Shown here: positions 40,048 to 50,552 of the stretch, in pieces
Position numbering within the stretch: the stretch's first letter is position 1
How the letters are laid out: the number at the start of each line of letters is the position of its first letter
Assembly: GCF_003790525.1 (NCBI RefSeq)
Contig: NZ_CP033635.1
Length of the DNA stretch: 64,000 bases
Strand: one strand, 5' to 3'
DNA from: Escherichia coli
GTDB taxonomy: Bacteria > Pseudomonadota > Gammaproteobacteria > Enterobacterales > Enterobacteriaceae
Position numbers and translations under genes: made by a program
The notes under the pieces: model-generated
What the model was told of the DNA's origin: nothing
Databases searched by the model: none
What the model saw: only the letters and a program-made list of their open reading frames with translations

Positions 40048-42191
40048 TGGAAATGGCATCAGCGTTTACTCTTAATGTTCGTCTGGACAACATTGCTATC
40101 ATCACCATCGACGTACCGGGTGAGAAAATGAATACCCTGAAGGCGGAATTTGCCTCGCAGGTACGCGCCATTATTAAGCAACTCCGTGAAAACAAAGAGT
40201 TGCGTGGCGTGGTGTTTGTCTCCGCGAAACCAGACAACTTCATTGCTGGCGCAGACATCAACATGATCGGCAACTGCAAAACGGCGCAAGAAGCGGAAGT
40301 ACTGGCGCGGCAGGGGCAACAGTTAATGGCGGAGATTCATGCTTTGCCCGTTCCGGTTATCGCGGCTATTCATGGCGCTTGCCTGGGCGGTGGTCTGGAG
40401 TTGGCGCTGGCGTGCCACGGTCGCGTGTGTACTGATGATGCTAAAACGGTGCTCGGTTTGCCTGAAGTACAACTTGGATTATTACCCGGTTCAGGCGGCA
40501 CCCAGCGTTTACCGCGCCTGATAGGTGTCAGCACAGCATTGGAGATGATCCTCACTGGAAAACAACTTCGGGCGAAACAGGCATTAAAGCTGGGGCTGGT
40601 GGATGACGTCGTTCCGCAATCCATTTTACTGGAAGCCGCTGTTGAGCTGGCAAAGCAGGATCGTCCATCTTCACGCCCTCTACCTGTACGCGAGCGTATT
40701 CTGGCGGGGCCGTTAGGTCGTGCGCTGCTGTTCAAAATGGTCGGCAAGAAAACAGAACACAAAACTCAGGGTAACTATCCGGCGACAGAACGCATCCTGG
40801 AGGTTGTCGAAACGGGATTAGCGCAGGGCACCAGTAGCGGCTATGACGCTGAAGCACGGGCGTTTGGCGAACTGGCGATGACGCCGCAATCGCAGGCGCT
40901 GCGCAATATCTTTTTTGCCAGTACGGAAGTGAAGAAAGATTCCGGCAGTGATGCGCCGCCTGCGCCATTAAACAGCGTGGGGATTCTCGGTGGTGGCTTG
41001 ATGGGCGGCGGTATTGCTTATGTCACTGCTTGTAAAGCGGGGCTTTCGGTCAGAATTAAAGATATCAACCCGCAGGGCATAAATCATGCGCTGAAGTACA
41101 GTTGGGATCAGCTGGAGGGCAAAGTTCGCCGTCGTCATCTCAAAGCCAGCGAACGTGACAAACAGCTGGCTTTAATCTCCGGAACGACGGACTATTGCGG
41201 CTTTGCCCATCGCGATCTGATTATTGAAGCGGTGTTTGAAAATCTCGAATTAAAACAACAGATGGTGGCGGAAGTGGAGCAAAATTGCGCTACTCATACC
41301 ATCTTTGCTTCGAACACGTCATCTTTACCGATTGGCGATATCGCCGCTCACGCCGCGCGACCTGAGCAAGTTATTGGCCTGCATTTCTTCAGTCCGGTGG
41401 AAAAAATGCCGCTGGTGGAGATTATTCCTCATGCGAGTACATCGGCGCAAACCATCGCCACCACGGTAAAACTGGCGAAAAAACAGGGCAAAACGCCAAT
41501 TGTCGTGCGTGACAAAGCCGGGTTTTACGTCAATCGCATCTTAGCGCCTTACATCAATGAAGCTATCCGCATGTTGACCGAAGGCGAGCGTATTGAGCAT
41601 ATCGATGCCGCGCTGGTGAAATTTGGTTTTCCGGTAGGCCCAATCCAACTTTTGGATGAGGTAGGAATCGACACCGGGACTAAAATTATTCCTGTACTGG
41701 AAGCCGCTTATGGAGAACGTTTTAGCGCGCCTGCAAATGTTGTTTCTTCAATTTTGAACGACGATCGCAAAGGCAGAAAAAATGGTCGGGGTTTCTATCT
41801 TTATGGTCAGAAAGGGCGTAAAAGCAAAAAACAGGTCGATCCCGCCATTTACCCGCTCATTGGCGCACAAGGGCAGGGGCGACTCTCCGCACCGCAGGTT
41901 GCTGAACGGTGTGTGATGTTGATGCTGAATGAAGCAGTACGTTGTCTGGACGAGCAGGTTATCCGTAGCGTACGTGACGGGGATATTGGCGCGGTATTTG
42001 GCATTGGTTTTCCGCCATTTCTCGGTGGACCGTTCCGCTATATCGATTCTCTCGGCGCAGGCGAAGTGGTTGCAATAATGCAACGACTGGCCACGCAGTA
42101 TGGTTCCCGTTTTACCCCTTGCGAGCGTTTAGTCGAGATGAGCAAGCGTGGGGAAAGTTTTTGGAAAACAACTGCAACTGACCTGCAATAA
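40047..42191 (+). CDS. fadJ: Multifunctional enoyl-CoA hydratase/3-hydroxyacyl-CoA dehydrogenase/epimerase
   Basis: 714 aa. Crotonase fold followed by an NAD-binding [10 protein letters not shown] 3-HCDH domain. Confidence 0.95.
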   Translation: MEMASAFTLNVRLDNIAIITIDVPGEKMNTLKAEFASQVRAIIKQLRENKELRGVVFVSAKPDNFIAGADINMIGNCKTAQEAEVLARQGQQLMAEIHALPVPVIAAIHGACLGGGLELALACHGRVCTDDAKTVLGLPEVQLGLLPGSGGTQRLPRLIGVSTALEMILTGKQLRAKQALKLGLVDDVVPQSILLEAAVELAKQDRPSSRPLPVRERILAGPLGRALLFKMVGKKTEHKTQGNYPATERILEVVETGLAQGTSSGYDAEARAFGELAMTPQSQALRNIFFASTEVKKDSGSDAPPAPLNSVGILGGGLMGGGIAYVTACKAGLSVRIKDINPQGINHALKYSWDQLEGKVRRRHLKASERDKQLALISGTTDYCGFAHRDLIIEAVFENLELKQQMVAEVEQNCATHTIFASNTSSLPIGDIAAHAARPEQVIGLHFFSPVEKMPLVEIIPHASTSAQTIATTVKLAKKQGKTPIVVRDKAGFYVNRILAPYINEAIRMLTEGERIEHIDAALVKFGFPVGPIQLLDEVGIDTGTKIIPVLEAAYGERFSAPANVVSSILNDDRKGRKNGRGFYLYGQKGRKSKKQVDPAIYPLIGAQGQGRLSAPQVAERCVMLMLNEAVRCLDEQVIRSVRDGDIGAVFGIGFPPFLGGPFRYIDSLGAGEVVAIMQRLATQYGSRFTPCERLVEMSKRGESFWKTTATDLQ

Positions 42192-42393
42192 GCAGGTCAA
42201 AGCTATATGAATCCGCGCTGAATGGCGGAGTGTTGCTCAAAATGTAAACGCATATTGACTATACTTACGCCATTGAGGTAAAAAACAGCGTTTCATTCGG
42301 TGAATGGATAAGGCACAATGCCGGCCACCGTTTTCTTTCTCTGGTTTCAGATGAAAGAAAACGGGCGAATCTGGTTAACAAAAGCGGTGCAAT

Positions 42394-42879
42394 ATGCAAG
42401 TTTTTATCATGCGTCACGGCGACGCAGCCCTCGATGCCGCCAGTGATTCGGTTCGTCCTCTGACTACTAACGGTTGTGACGAATCTCGCCTGATGGCGAA
42501 CTGGCTGAAAGGTCAAAAAGTGGAAATCGAACGCGTTCTGGTGAGCCCGTTCCTGCGAGCCGAGCAAACACTTGAAGAAGTAGGGGATTGTCTGAACCTG
42601 CCTTCCAGTGCAGAAGTTCTGCCGGAGTTAACACCCTGCGGCGATGTTGGTCTGGTCAGTGCCTATTTGCAGGCGTTGACCAATGAAGGTGTTGCTTCGG
42701 TACTGGTGATCTCCCACTTACCCTTAGTCGGGTATCTGGTTGCCGAGTTATGTCCGGGCGAAACGCCGCCTATGTTTACCACGTCAGCGATTGCCAGCGT
42801 AACGCTTGATGAAAGCGGAAAAGGCCAATTCAACTGGCAAATGAGCCCTTGTAATTTGAAGATGGCAAAAGCAATTTAA
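42394..42879 (+). CDS. sixA: Phosphohistidine phosphatase SixA
   Basis: 161 aa with the RHG catalytic motif (MRHGDA) of the histidine phosphatase superfamily. Confidence 0.95.
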   Translation: MQVFIMRHGDAALDAASDSVRPLTTNGCDESRLMANWLKGQKVEIERVLVSPFLRAEQTLEEVGDCLNLPSSAEVLPELTPCGDVGLVSAYLQALTNEGVASVLVISHLPLVGYLVAELCPGETPPMFTTSAIASVTLDESGKGQFNWQMSPCNLKMAKAI

Positions 42880-43446
42880 GCAATCAATGCCCGGTTGCGT
42901 GCGCGTACACCGGGCAGTTTCTCCGTCATACAATCATTCTTTTTCTTGTCTAAATGTTGTTAATATTTAACAACTCTCGATAGTTATTATATTTTCCCAT
43001 TATTGAATCCCGTAATAAAATAAAGAAGATAATGGTTTTGTGTCTTGAATATATATTTATTGATTTAATTAATATTAAATTTTAGCAATAAATGATGGTA
43101 AGGTCATTATAATTTTTTTTAGTGTGCTTTATAAGCAATTCATTTTTGTTGATTATAATAGTTTGTTTTTTTGTTGATAATTCGCATGTTTTTTTGTTGG
43201 AAAGTGGTGAAAGTATTTTGTAGATGTATTAATTAATAAAATCTACATAAAGTGTTTAAGTATTACTAAATTGAGTTTTTTTATAGATAAGACCAACATA
43301 CAGACACACCAGAGAATACTTGTTTACATTCTATGATTATATTGGAGTGTATATGTTCAATGGCTAACTATAAATATCGGGCATAATATATATTAATTTT
43401 ATGTCAGGTGTTTATATTATAACTCTTAATGATTTAAGGACAAATA

Positions 43447-44013
43447 ATGAGTAAGTTTGCCAAAACAGCCATTGCTGCGGCGATGGTCATGGGCGCAGTT
43501 GTTTCCAGTTCTGCATTTGCAGCAGGCAACAACGGTACCGCGCGCTTCTACGGCACCATTGAAGACTCCCCGTGCTCTATCGTTCCAGACGATCACAAAC
43601 TGGAAGTCGATATGGGTGACATCGGTGCGGCTAAACTGACCGGCGGTGGCACCACCACACCGAAAGATTTCCAGATCCGTTTACAGGACTGCGTGTTTTC
43701 CACTGAAACAAACATGGAGACCACGTTCACCGGTACTAACTACGCGGGGCCAGCCAACACAGATAACTATGCGTTATTCAACGTTGACAGCGGTGTTGCC
43801 ATGAAGAATGTGAGCCTGGTGATCGGCGATACCCATGGCAAAGGTTATAAAGTGGGCGAAAAGATTGTTCAGCCAATCGTGATGGATGCTTCAACCAGCA
43901 AAGGTAAAGACAAGCAAACGCTGAACTTTAAAGCCTGGCTGGTGGGTGAAACCGAAGCGCCGGATCTCGGCCAGTTCGAAACCCTGACCACATTCCAGAT
44001 TACCTATCTCTGA
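43447..44013 (+). CDS. yfcV: Fimbrial major subunit (chaperone-usher, Yfc fimbriae)
   Basis: 188 aa with signal peptide and a pilin C-terminal beta-strand. Preceded by a 550-bp AT-rich regulatory region. Confidence 0.9.
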   Translation: MSKFAKTAIAAAMVMGAVVSSSAFAAGNNGTARFYGTIEDSPCSIVPDDHKLEVDMGDIGAAKLTGGGTTTPKDFQIRLQDCVFSTETNMETTFTGTNYAGPANTDNYALFNVDSGVAMKNVSLVIGDTHGKGYKVGEKIVQPIVMDASTSKGKDKQTLNFKAWLVGETEAPDLGQFETLTTFQITYL

Positions 44014-44040
44014 TGTGACAACCCCACAGCGTTCTGCTGT
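44012..44040 (+). terminator. Attenuating terminator after the major pilin gene
   Basis: CCCCACAGC-gttct-GCTGTGGGG followed by TTTTTC. Confidence 0.7.
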
Positions 44041-44087
44041 GGGGTTTTTCAACACGCAACAGATTTACGACTGTTTCACAAACGGAT

Positions 44088-46742
44088 ATGTGTATGCCTA
44101 ATCACTCAAATTTTCGGCTGCGGGGAATCGCCTGCTATATTGCGCTGGCAATCTCAGGTGGATCAGTCAATGCATGGGCTGATGATTCCATTCAATTTGA
44201 CCCCCGTTTCCTTGAGTTAAAGGGCGACACGAAAATTGATCTCGGTAAGTTTTCAAAAAAAGGGTATGTCGACGCGGGAAAATATAATTTACGTGTATTT
44301 ATAAATAAACAACCCCTTTCTGATGAATACGACATTAACTGGTATGTTTCTGAAAACGATCCAACAAAAACGTATGCCTGCCTGACACCTGAGTTAGTGG
44401 CGGCGCTGGGGCTGAAAGAAGGGATAGCAAAAAGCCTGCAGTGGACGCACAACGATGAATGCCTTAAACCGGGGCAATTAGATGGGATGGAAGTCGAGAA
44501 TGATTTAAGCCAGTCGGCGTTGCTGCTGACAGTGCCACAGGCTTATCTCGAATATACCAGCAGCGACTGGGACCCACCCTCACGCTGGGACGACGGTATT
44601 CCTGGCCTGATTGCCGACTACAGCCTCAATGCGCAAACCCGCCACCAGGAGCAGGGTGGCGAGGACTCACATGATATCAGCGGCAACGGTACCGTTGGGG
44701 CGAACCTGGGGGCATGGCGTTTCCGCGCAGACTGGCAAAGTGATTATCAGCACACCCGCAGCAACGATGACGACGATGACAGCAGTAACAGTACAACGAG
44801 CAAAAACTGGGACTGGAGCCGTTATTACGCCTGGCGGGCCTTACCCTCTTTAAAAGCGAAGCTGTCGCTGGGGGAAGATTATCTCAATTCCGATATTTTC
44901 GACGGCTTTAACTATATTGGCAGCAGCGTCAGCACCGATGACCAGATGCTGCCGCCCAACCTGCGCGGCTATGCGCCGGATGTCTCCGGCGTGGCGCACA
45001 GCAGTGCAAAAGTCACCATTAGCCAGATGGGCCGGGTACTTTACGAAACCCAGGTTCCCGCCGGGCCATTCCGCATTCAGGATATCGGCGACTCCGTCTC
45101 CGGCACACTGCACGTCCGCGTTGAAGAACAGAATGGTCAGGTGCAGGAATATGACGTTACGACCGCATCTATGCCATTCCTCACGCGCCAGGGGCAGGTG
45201 CGTTACAAAGTGATGATGGGGCGTCCGGAAGACTGGAACCACAAGACCGAAGGCGGCTTTTTCTCCGGCGGAGAAGCGTCATGGGGGGTGGCAGATGGCT
45301 GGTCGCTCTACGGTGGCGCGCTGGCAGATGAACACTACCAGTCGGCGGCGATGGGGGTGGGGCGCGACCTCGCACAGTTTGGCGCGCTGGCGTTCGATGT
45401 GACTCACTCGCACGTCAACCTGGATCATGACAGCGCATACGGCAAAGGAAAACTGGACGGCAACTCCTTTCGCGTGAGCTATGCCAAAGACTTTGACGAA
45501 CTCAACAGCCGCGTCACCTTTGCAGGCTACCGTTTTTCTGAAAAGAACTTCATGACCATGAGCGAGTATCTGGACGCGAACCAGTCGGACATGGCGCGGA
45601 CCGGTAACGACAAAGAGATGTATACGATCACCTATAACCAGAACTTTGCCGCTGCGGGTGTCTCGATCTATCTCAACTACTCCCATCGTACTTACTGGGA
45701 TCGCCCGGAACAGACAAACTATAACCTGATGTTTTCCCACTATTTTAATATGGGGAGCATTCGCAACGTGAGCATCTCGGTGACCGGCTATCGCTACGAA
45801 TATGACGATAACGCGGATAAGGGGATGTACCTCAGCATGAGCATTCCGTGGAGCGACAGCAGCACCGTGACCTACAACGGTTCCTACGGCAGCGGGTCGG
45901 ACAGCAGCCAGGTCGGTTACTTTAAGCGCGTTGATGACGCAACGCACTACCAGGTTAACGTCGGTACCAGCGAACAGCACGGCAGCGTGGATGGTTATCT
46001 GAGTCACGACGGCTCGCTGGCGAAGGTTGATCTCAGCGCCAACTACCATGAGGGGGAATACCGCTCGGCGGGGATCGCCTTACAGGGCGGGGCAACGCTG
46101 ACCGCGCATGGTGGGGCGCTGCATCGCACTCAAAGCATGGGCGGTACGCGCCTGCTGATTGACGCCGACGGGATTGCCAATGTGCCGGTCGAAAGCAACG
46201 GCGCGCCGGTGTACACCAATATGTTTGGCAAGGCGGTGGTCGCCGATATTAACAACTACTATCGCAATCAGGCGTATATCGATTTAAACAACCTGCCAGA
46301 AGATGCGGAAGCCACCCAGTCGGTGGTACAGGCAACCCTGACGGAAGGTGCAATTGGCTATCGCAAATTCAAAGTGATCAGCGGGCAAAAAGCGATGGCG
46401 GTACTGCGGTTGCGTGACGGCAGCTACCCGCCGTTTGGCGCGGAAGTGAAAAACGACGAGCAGCAGCAGGTTGGCATTGTGGATGATGAAGGCAATGTCT
46501 ATCTGGCGGGAGTCAATGCGGGTGAGCATATGACGGTGTTCTGGGAAGGCAGCGCACAATGCGAGATCGTATTGCCGAAGCCGCTACCTGCCGATCTGTT
46601 CAGCGGCCTGTTGTTGCCGTGTGAACAAAAGGGAACGGCAGCCCCTGATTCTTCAGCGCCAGAAATTAAGCCTGTTATTCAGGACCAGACGCGGCAAGTC
46701 ACACCAACGGAAGCGCCGACGTCAATTTCAGCTACTCAATAA
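44088..46742 (+). CDS. yfcU: Fimbrial outer-membrane usher, intact (884 aa)
   Basis: Full-length usher (PapC/FimD family). It is split as a pseudogene in K-12, but this window has a single uninterrupted ORF. Confidence 0.9.
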   Translation: MCMPNHSNFRLRGIACYIALAISGGSVNAWADDSIQFDPRFLELKGDTKIDLGKFSKKGYVDAGKYNLRVFINKQPLSDEYDINWYVSENDPTKTYACLTPELVAALGLKEGIAKSLQWTHNDECLKPGQLDGMEVENDLSQSALLLTVPQAYLEYTSSDWDPPSRWDDGIPGLIADYSLNAQTRHQEQGGEDSHDISGNGTVGANLGAWRFRADWQSDYQHTRSNDDDDDSSNSTTSKNWDWSRYYAWRALPSLKAKLSLGEDYLNSDIFDGFNYIGSSVSTDDQMLPPNLRGYAPDVSGVAHSSAKVTISQMGRVLYETQVPAGPFRIQDIGDSVSGTLHVRVEEQNGQVQEYDVTTASMPFLTRQGQVRYKVMMGRPEDWNHKTEGGFFSGGEASWGVADGWSLYGGALADEHYQSAAMGVGRDLAQFGALAFDVTHSHVNLDHDSAYGKGKLDGNSFRVSYAKDFDELNSRVTFAGYRFSEKNFMTMSEYLDANQSDMARTGNDKEMYTITYNQNFAAAGVSIYLNYSHRTYWDRPEQTNYNLMFSHYFNMGSIRNVSISVTGYRYEYDDNADKGMYLSMSIPWSDSSTVTYNGSYGSGSDSSQVGYFKRVDDATHYQVNVGTSEQHGSVDGYLSHDGSLAKVDLSANYHEGEYRSAGIALQGGATLTAHGGALHRTQSMGGTRLLIDADGIANVPVESNGAPVYTNMFGKAVVADINNYYRNQAYIDLNNLPEDAEATQSVVQATLTEGAIGYRKFKVISGQKAMAVLRLRDGSYPPFGAEVKNDEQQQVGIVDDEGNVYLAGVNAGEHMTVFWEGSAQCEIVLPKPLPADLFSGLLLPCEQKGTAAPDSSAPEIKPVIQDQTRQVTPTEAPTSISATQ

Positions 46743-46760
46743 TCTGATTAAGGAACGATC

Positions 46761-47514
46761 AATGTCTTATAAATTATCCAGTTCAATGGTCGTCAGCACG
46801 GCGCTGGCGGCACTGCTTTCCACCGTCAGCCTGGCGGCGCACGCCTCGGTCACCCCGGACCGCACCCGTCTGGTGTTTAACGAAAGCGATAAATCGATCA
46901 GCGTGACGTTGCGTAACAACAACGAAAAGCTGCCTTACCTGGCGCAAAGCTGGCTGGAAGACGAGAAGGGCAACAAAATCACCTCGCCGCTGGCGGTACT
47001 GCCGCCGGTGCAGCGTATTGACGCCATGATGAACGGCCAGGTGAAGATTCAGGCGCTGCCGGACATTCACACGCTGCCATCTGACCGTGAAAGCCTGTTC
47101 TACTACAACGTGCGTGAGATCCCGCCAAAGACCGGGAAAGCCAACACCCTGCAAATTGCCCTGCAAACGCGCATCAAGCTGTTCTGGCGACCAAAGGCGC
47201 TGGAGAAGATTGACATGAGAAAACCGTGGCAGTTTAAGGTGACGCTCACGCGCAGCGGCCAGGACTATACCGTCAATAACCCGACGCCATACCACGTCAT
47301 CATCAGCGATGCCAGCACACAGAAGAAAGGGCCGACCGCAGCCGGGTTTAAACCGCTGGTGATGTCGCCGAAAACGTCACAGCCGTTAAAGGCAAAAATG
47401 GACAGCGCCCCGGTGCTGACCTACATCAACGACTACGGCGCGCGCCTGCCGCTGATCTTCCGCTGTGAAGGGGACACCTGCAAGGTGGATGAAGATCAAA
47501 GCAGCAAAGGCTGA
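46761..47514 (+). CDS. yfcS: Fimbrial periplasmic chaperone (PapD fold)
   Basis: Start chosen at MSYKLSSSMVVSTALAAL (signal peptide). Chaperone family motifs. Confidence 0.88.
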
Positions 47515-47530
47515 TAACGGGAGAGCCAGG

Positions 47531-48022
47531 ATGAAAGGATCGTGGGCGTGGTTGCTGGTGGGCTGCATCGGTAGTTGCTCCGTGACGGCAGGGAGCAAAT
47601 CGGTGGATATGATTTTACGGGTGCTTGTTGATGCTCCGCCTCCTTGTACGGTAACGGGCGCGGAGGTGGAGTTCGGTAATGTTGTCATTACCAGAATTGG
47701 TGGCGTGAATTATAAGCGCCCCATTGATTACAAGCTTGTCTGTAACAACCTGGCCATGGATGACCTGCGTCTACAGATGCAGGCGGCAACGGTCGTGATT
47801 AACGGTGAAACGGTGATCAGCACGGGGATTCCTGGGTTTGGTATTCGGATTCAGAAGGCCAGCGATAGTTCGATACTCGACTTAACGTCTGGCGCATGGC
47901 TGCCGTTTAATTTCTCCTCGGGCGCACCAGCGCTGGAAGCGGTTCCGGTGAAACAGAGCGGCACGTCGTTAACGGCGGCGGAATTTAGCGCCAGCGCCAC
48001 CATTGTGGTGGATTACCAATGA
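47531..48022 (+). CDS. yfcR: Fimbrial minor subunit
   Basis: Start chosen at MKGSWAWLLVGC (lipobox-like signal). Pilin-like C-terminus VVDYQ. Confidence 0.8.
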   Translation: MKGSWAWLLVGCIGSCSVTAGSKSVDMILRVLVDAPPPCTVTGAEVEFGNVVITRIGGVNYKRPIDYKLVCNNLAMDDLRLQMQAATVVINGETVISTGIPGFGIRIQKASDSSILDLTSGAWLPFNFSSGAPALEAVPVKQSGTSLTAAEFSASATIVVDYQ

Positions 48023-48489
48023 AACGGATCTCACTTCTTATGCTGTGGGGCTTTTGCTCCATGGCGCTCTCAAATGTCACTTTTCACGGTTATTTAGTGC
48101 AGCCGCCTAACTGCACCATTAGCGACGGTGAAACCATTGAATTAACCTTTCAGGACGTGAATATCGACGACATTAACGGCAGTAATTATGAGCAAATCGT
48201 GCCGTATCGCATTACTTGCGATACACCGGTTCGTGACCCTTTACTGGAAATGACCTTGAGCTGGAGCGGCACGCAGAGCGACTTTGACGATGCGGCGGTA
48301 AGCACGGACATCGCAGGCCTGGGGATTCGGCTTAAACAGGCAGGGCAGAGCTTTAAGCTGAATACGCCACTGGTGGTGGATGAAACGGCTTTGCCGGCGT
48401 TAACGGCGGTACCGGTCAAAAAGAGCGGCGTCGATTTGCCTGAGGCCAACTTTGAAGCCTGGGCTACGTTACAGGTGGATTACCAATGA
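48019..48489 (+). CDS. yfcQ: Fimbrial minor subunit
   Basis: 156 aa with signal peptide. C-terminus LQVDYQ. Overlapping ATGA junction. Confidence 0.8.
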   Translation: MKRISLLMLWGFCSMALSNVTFHGYLVQPPNCTISDGETIELTFQDVNIDDINGSNYEQIVPYRITCDTPVRDPLLEMTLSWSGTQSDFDDAAVSTDIAGLGIRLKQAGQSFKLNTPLVVDETALPALTAVPVKKSGVDLPEANFEAWATLQVDYQ

Positions 48490-49010
48490 CGAAAAAACAT
48501 GCGTTGGTTTTTATCAGCAGTCTGCTGTTACTGTGCAGCAGTACTGCTCCGGCGGTCGACAACCTGCACTTCACCGGCAATCTGCTCGGTAAATCCTGTA
48601 CACCGGTGATCAACGGTAGTCTGCTGGCGGAGGTGCAATTTCCTACCATTGCCGCCAGCGATTTAATGCATCTTGGGCAGTCAGATCGAGTGCCGCTGGT
48701 CTTTCAGTTGAAGGATTGCAAAAGCTCTACGCTGTTTAGCGTCAGAGTGACGCTGGCGGGAACGGAAGACAGCGAACTGCCCGGATTTCTGGCTATAGAC
48801 GCCTCATCGTCAGCGTCCGGGGTCGGGATTGGTATTGAAACGGCGGCGGGCGCAGCGGTGCCTATCAACGACACGACGGGCGTGACGTTCCCGCTGAATC
48901 AGGGCAGTAACACTCTCAACTTCAATGCCTGGTTACAGACAAAAAGTGGGCGGGATGTGACGCCCGGTGATTTCAGCGCCACGGCGACGGCAACCTTTGA
49001 GTATTTTTAA
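48486..49010 (+). CDS. yfcP: Fimbrial minor subunit
   Basis: 174 aa with signal peptide. C-terminal ATATFEYF pilin strand. Confidence 0.8.
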   Translation: MTKKHALVFISSLLLLCSSTAPAVDNLHFTGNLLGKSCTPVINGSLLAEVQFPTIAASDLMHLGQSDRVPLVFQLKDCKSSTLFSVRVTLAGTEDSELPGFLAIDASSSASGVGIGIETAAGAAVPINDTTGVTFPLNQGSNTLNFNAWLQTKSGRDVTPGDFSATATATFEYF

Positions 49011-49011
49011 G

Positions 49012-49851
49012 ATGAAAAAATGGATGATGTTTTTCGCGAGCCTGATATTGCTCGTAATGAGTGTAGGTACGCCAAAGAGTTATGCCAGGGATAAACTCAC
49101 CAGCGCAACTTTTGATAGTGTGAAAATTTACTATGGGATGGGGAGAGCAGGTTTCACCACAGGAGCCTTACATGTCACTGTGTTAACCCCAGGCGAGGTT
49201 GCCTATGGGGTATACAATACTACCGGGTATATAGGCACTGACGCGAGGGTCGTTTCATGGACGGGGTCTGGCCCTGCGCCAACGTTGACTCTTGTTGACT
49301 ATAGTAGCACTGATAACTCGTTTTGCCCTGGGATAAATACGACGCTGTTTCGATGCGCATATGAGACATTTAAAGTTACCGTTCAATCTGACAATTATGG
49401 CTGTCCGTGGATCGCCTCTTTTTATGAGGTATCAGATCAACATGCATATGGAATATATACTGGCCCAACGGATCATGCTACGGCATGCCCAACGATTCCG
49501 GTGACTTCATTTGATATTTCGTGGAATGAGAATTATGTCAGCCATAGTAAAGCGTTGCAGTTACAGTCCAATGGCTCGACCATCACCACCACGCTTTCGA
49601 CCTACCTGATGCAAGACGGCAAACTCTGTGATGGCAGCGTTTTTGATAACAGAGGAGCATACTGCCGCGTGGTCTCGGAACTGTTAACCTTTACCTCTTA
49701 CGGTTGCGATAAATCGACAGTAACGGTTTCCCCTACACGTCATCCAGTAACGGATAAACAACTGCACGATATTGTGGTGAAGGTGAATACCAGTAGCCGA
49801 CAACCGATTGATTCTACGTGTCGTTTTCAGTATGTATTGAATGAATTGTAG
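49012..49851 (+). CDS. yfcO: Fimbrial tip adhesin-like protein YfcO
   Basis: Start chosen at MKKWMMFFASLILLV. Cys-rich two-domain protein, last gene of the operon. Confidence 0.75.
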   Translation: MKKWMMFFASLILLVMSVGTPKSYARDKLTSATFDSVKIYYGMGRAGFTTGALHVTVLTPGEVAYGVYNTTGYIGTDARVVSWTGSGPAPTLTLVDYSSTDNSFCPGINTTLFRCAYETFKVTVQSDNYGCPWIASFYEVSDQHAYGIYTGPTDHATACPTIPVTSFDISWNENYVSHSKALQLQSNGSTITTTLSTYLMQDGKLCDGSVFDNRGAYCRVVSELLTFTSYGCDKSTVTVSPTRHPVTDKQLHDIVVKVNTSSRQPIDSTCRFQYVLNEL

Positions 49852-49892
49852 TGACTCTGGTACGGATGGTCGGGTATCGGCCATCCGTTATG

Positions 49893-50552
49893 TCATGCGG
49901 TCATCCAGTTTTTTAGAATATTCGCCACCACGGGAGCGAAAGGTGCCAGATAACCGTCGACGGGGGTGAGTAATTCGTCGATAACCGCTTGCAGCAGGTC
50001 GTCATCCTCAAGCCCCTCTGAAGGGTCAATGCCATTAGCCCACAGAAGGCTGTCGGAAAGCTGCTTACGTTTTTCAATCAATGCCCGATTATTACGTTCA
50101 CTATCGCCAAGGTTGAGTACCTTAATCGCATCGATAGCTCTCGGCGTCGTCCCTTCAATTCGACCACTGATCTTGAAGATAAACTCGGTTTCACATTCCG
50201 GCATAAGCGGCGTTAACAGCAATGGCTGGTTCTTATGCGAGTCGTCACACTGGCCTTTTGTTTTGCAGCTTGCAACGATATTCGTGAATTCCAGACTGCG
50301 AGCAGGAGCTAAATCCCTGGCTTCGACATGTTCATTAACGGTATCGCGGTTTGTACCTGTCACGCGATCGCAGCAATAAGCACAGAGATAAAATTGCTCC
50401 TGAGCGCACTGCTGGCTGAGATCGCCAACGATATCCCATTTTTTTTGCGCATAAAGTTCCTGAAACCACTGATTGGCATTTTTATCCCGTGGTTTTGCTC
50501 TCACCCACTGTTGCAAACTGGCCGGCGGTTGCCCTTTAGTTATTTCGCGCAT
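49893..50552 (-). CDS. HNH-family nuclease, Septu PtuB-like
   Basis: 219 aa with CAYCCDRV...NEHVEARDL, a His-Me finger/HNH-like Cys/His cluster. Overlaps the upstream ATPase gene by 17 nt. Confidence 0.6.
   Translation of the reverse strand: MREITKGQPPASLQQWVRAKPRDKNANQWFQELYAQKKWDIVGDLSQQCAQEQFYLCAYCCDRVTGTNRDTVNEHVEARDLAPARSLEFTNIVASCKTKGQCDDSHKNQPLLLTPLMPECETEFIFKISGRIEGTTPRAIDAIKVLNLGDSERNNRALIEKRKQLSDSLLWANGIDPSEGLEDDDLLQAVIDELLTPVDGYLAPFAPVVANILKNWMTA

Noticed and set aside
45279-46049. 256-aa minus-strand ORF inside the usher gene. The same applies to the antisense ORFs in aroC (53574-54188), fabB (59557-60465) and fadI/fadJ.
   Set aside because: All are antisense to conserved genes, with His/Arg-rich low-complexity translations typical of reverse-frame artefacts.
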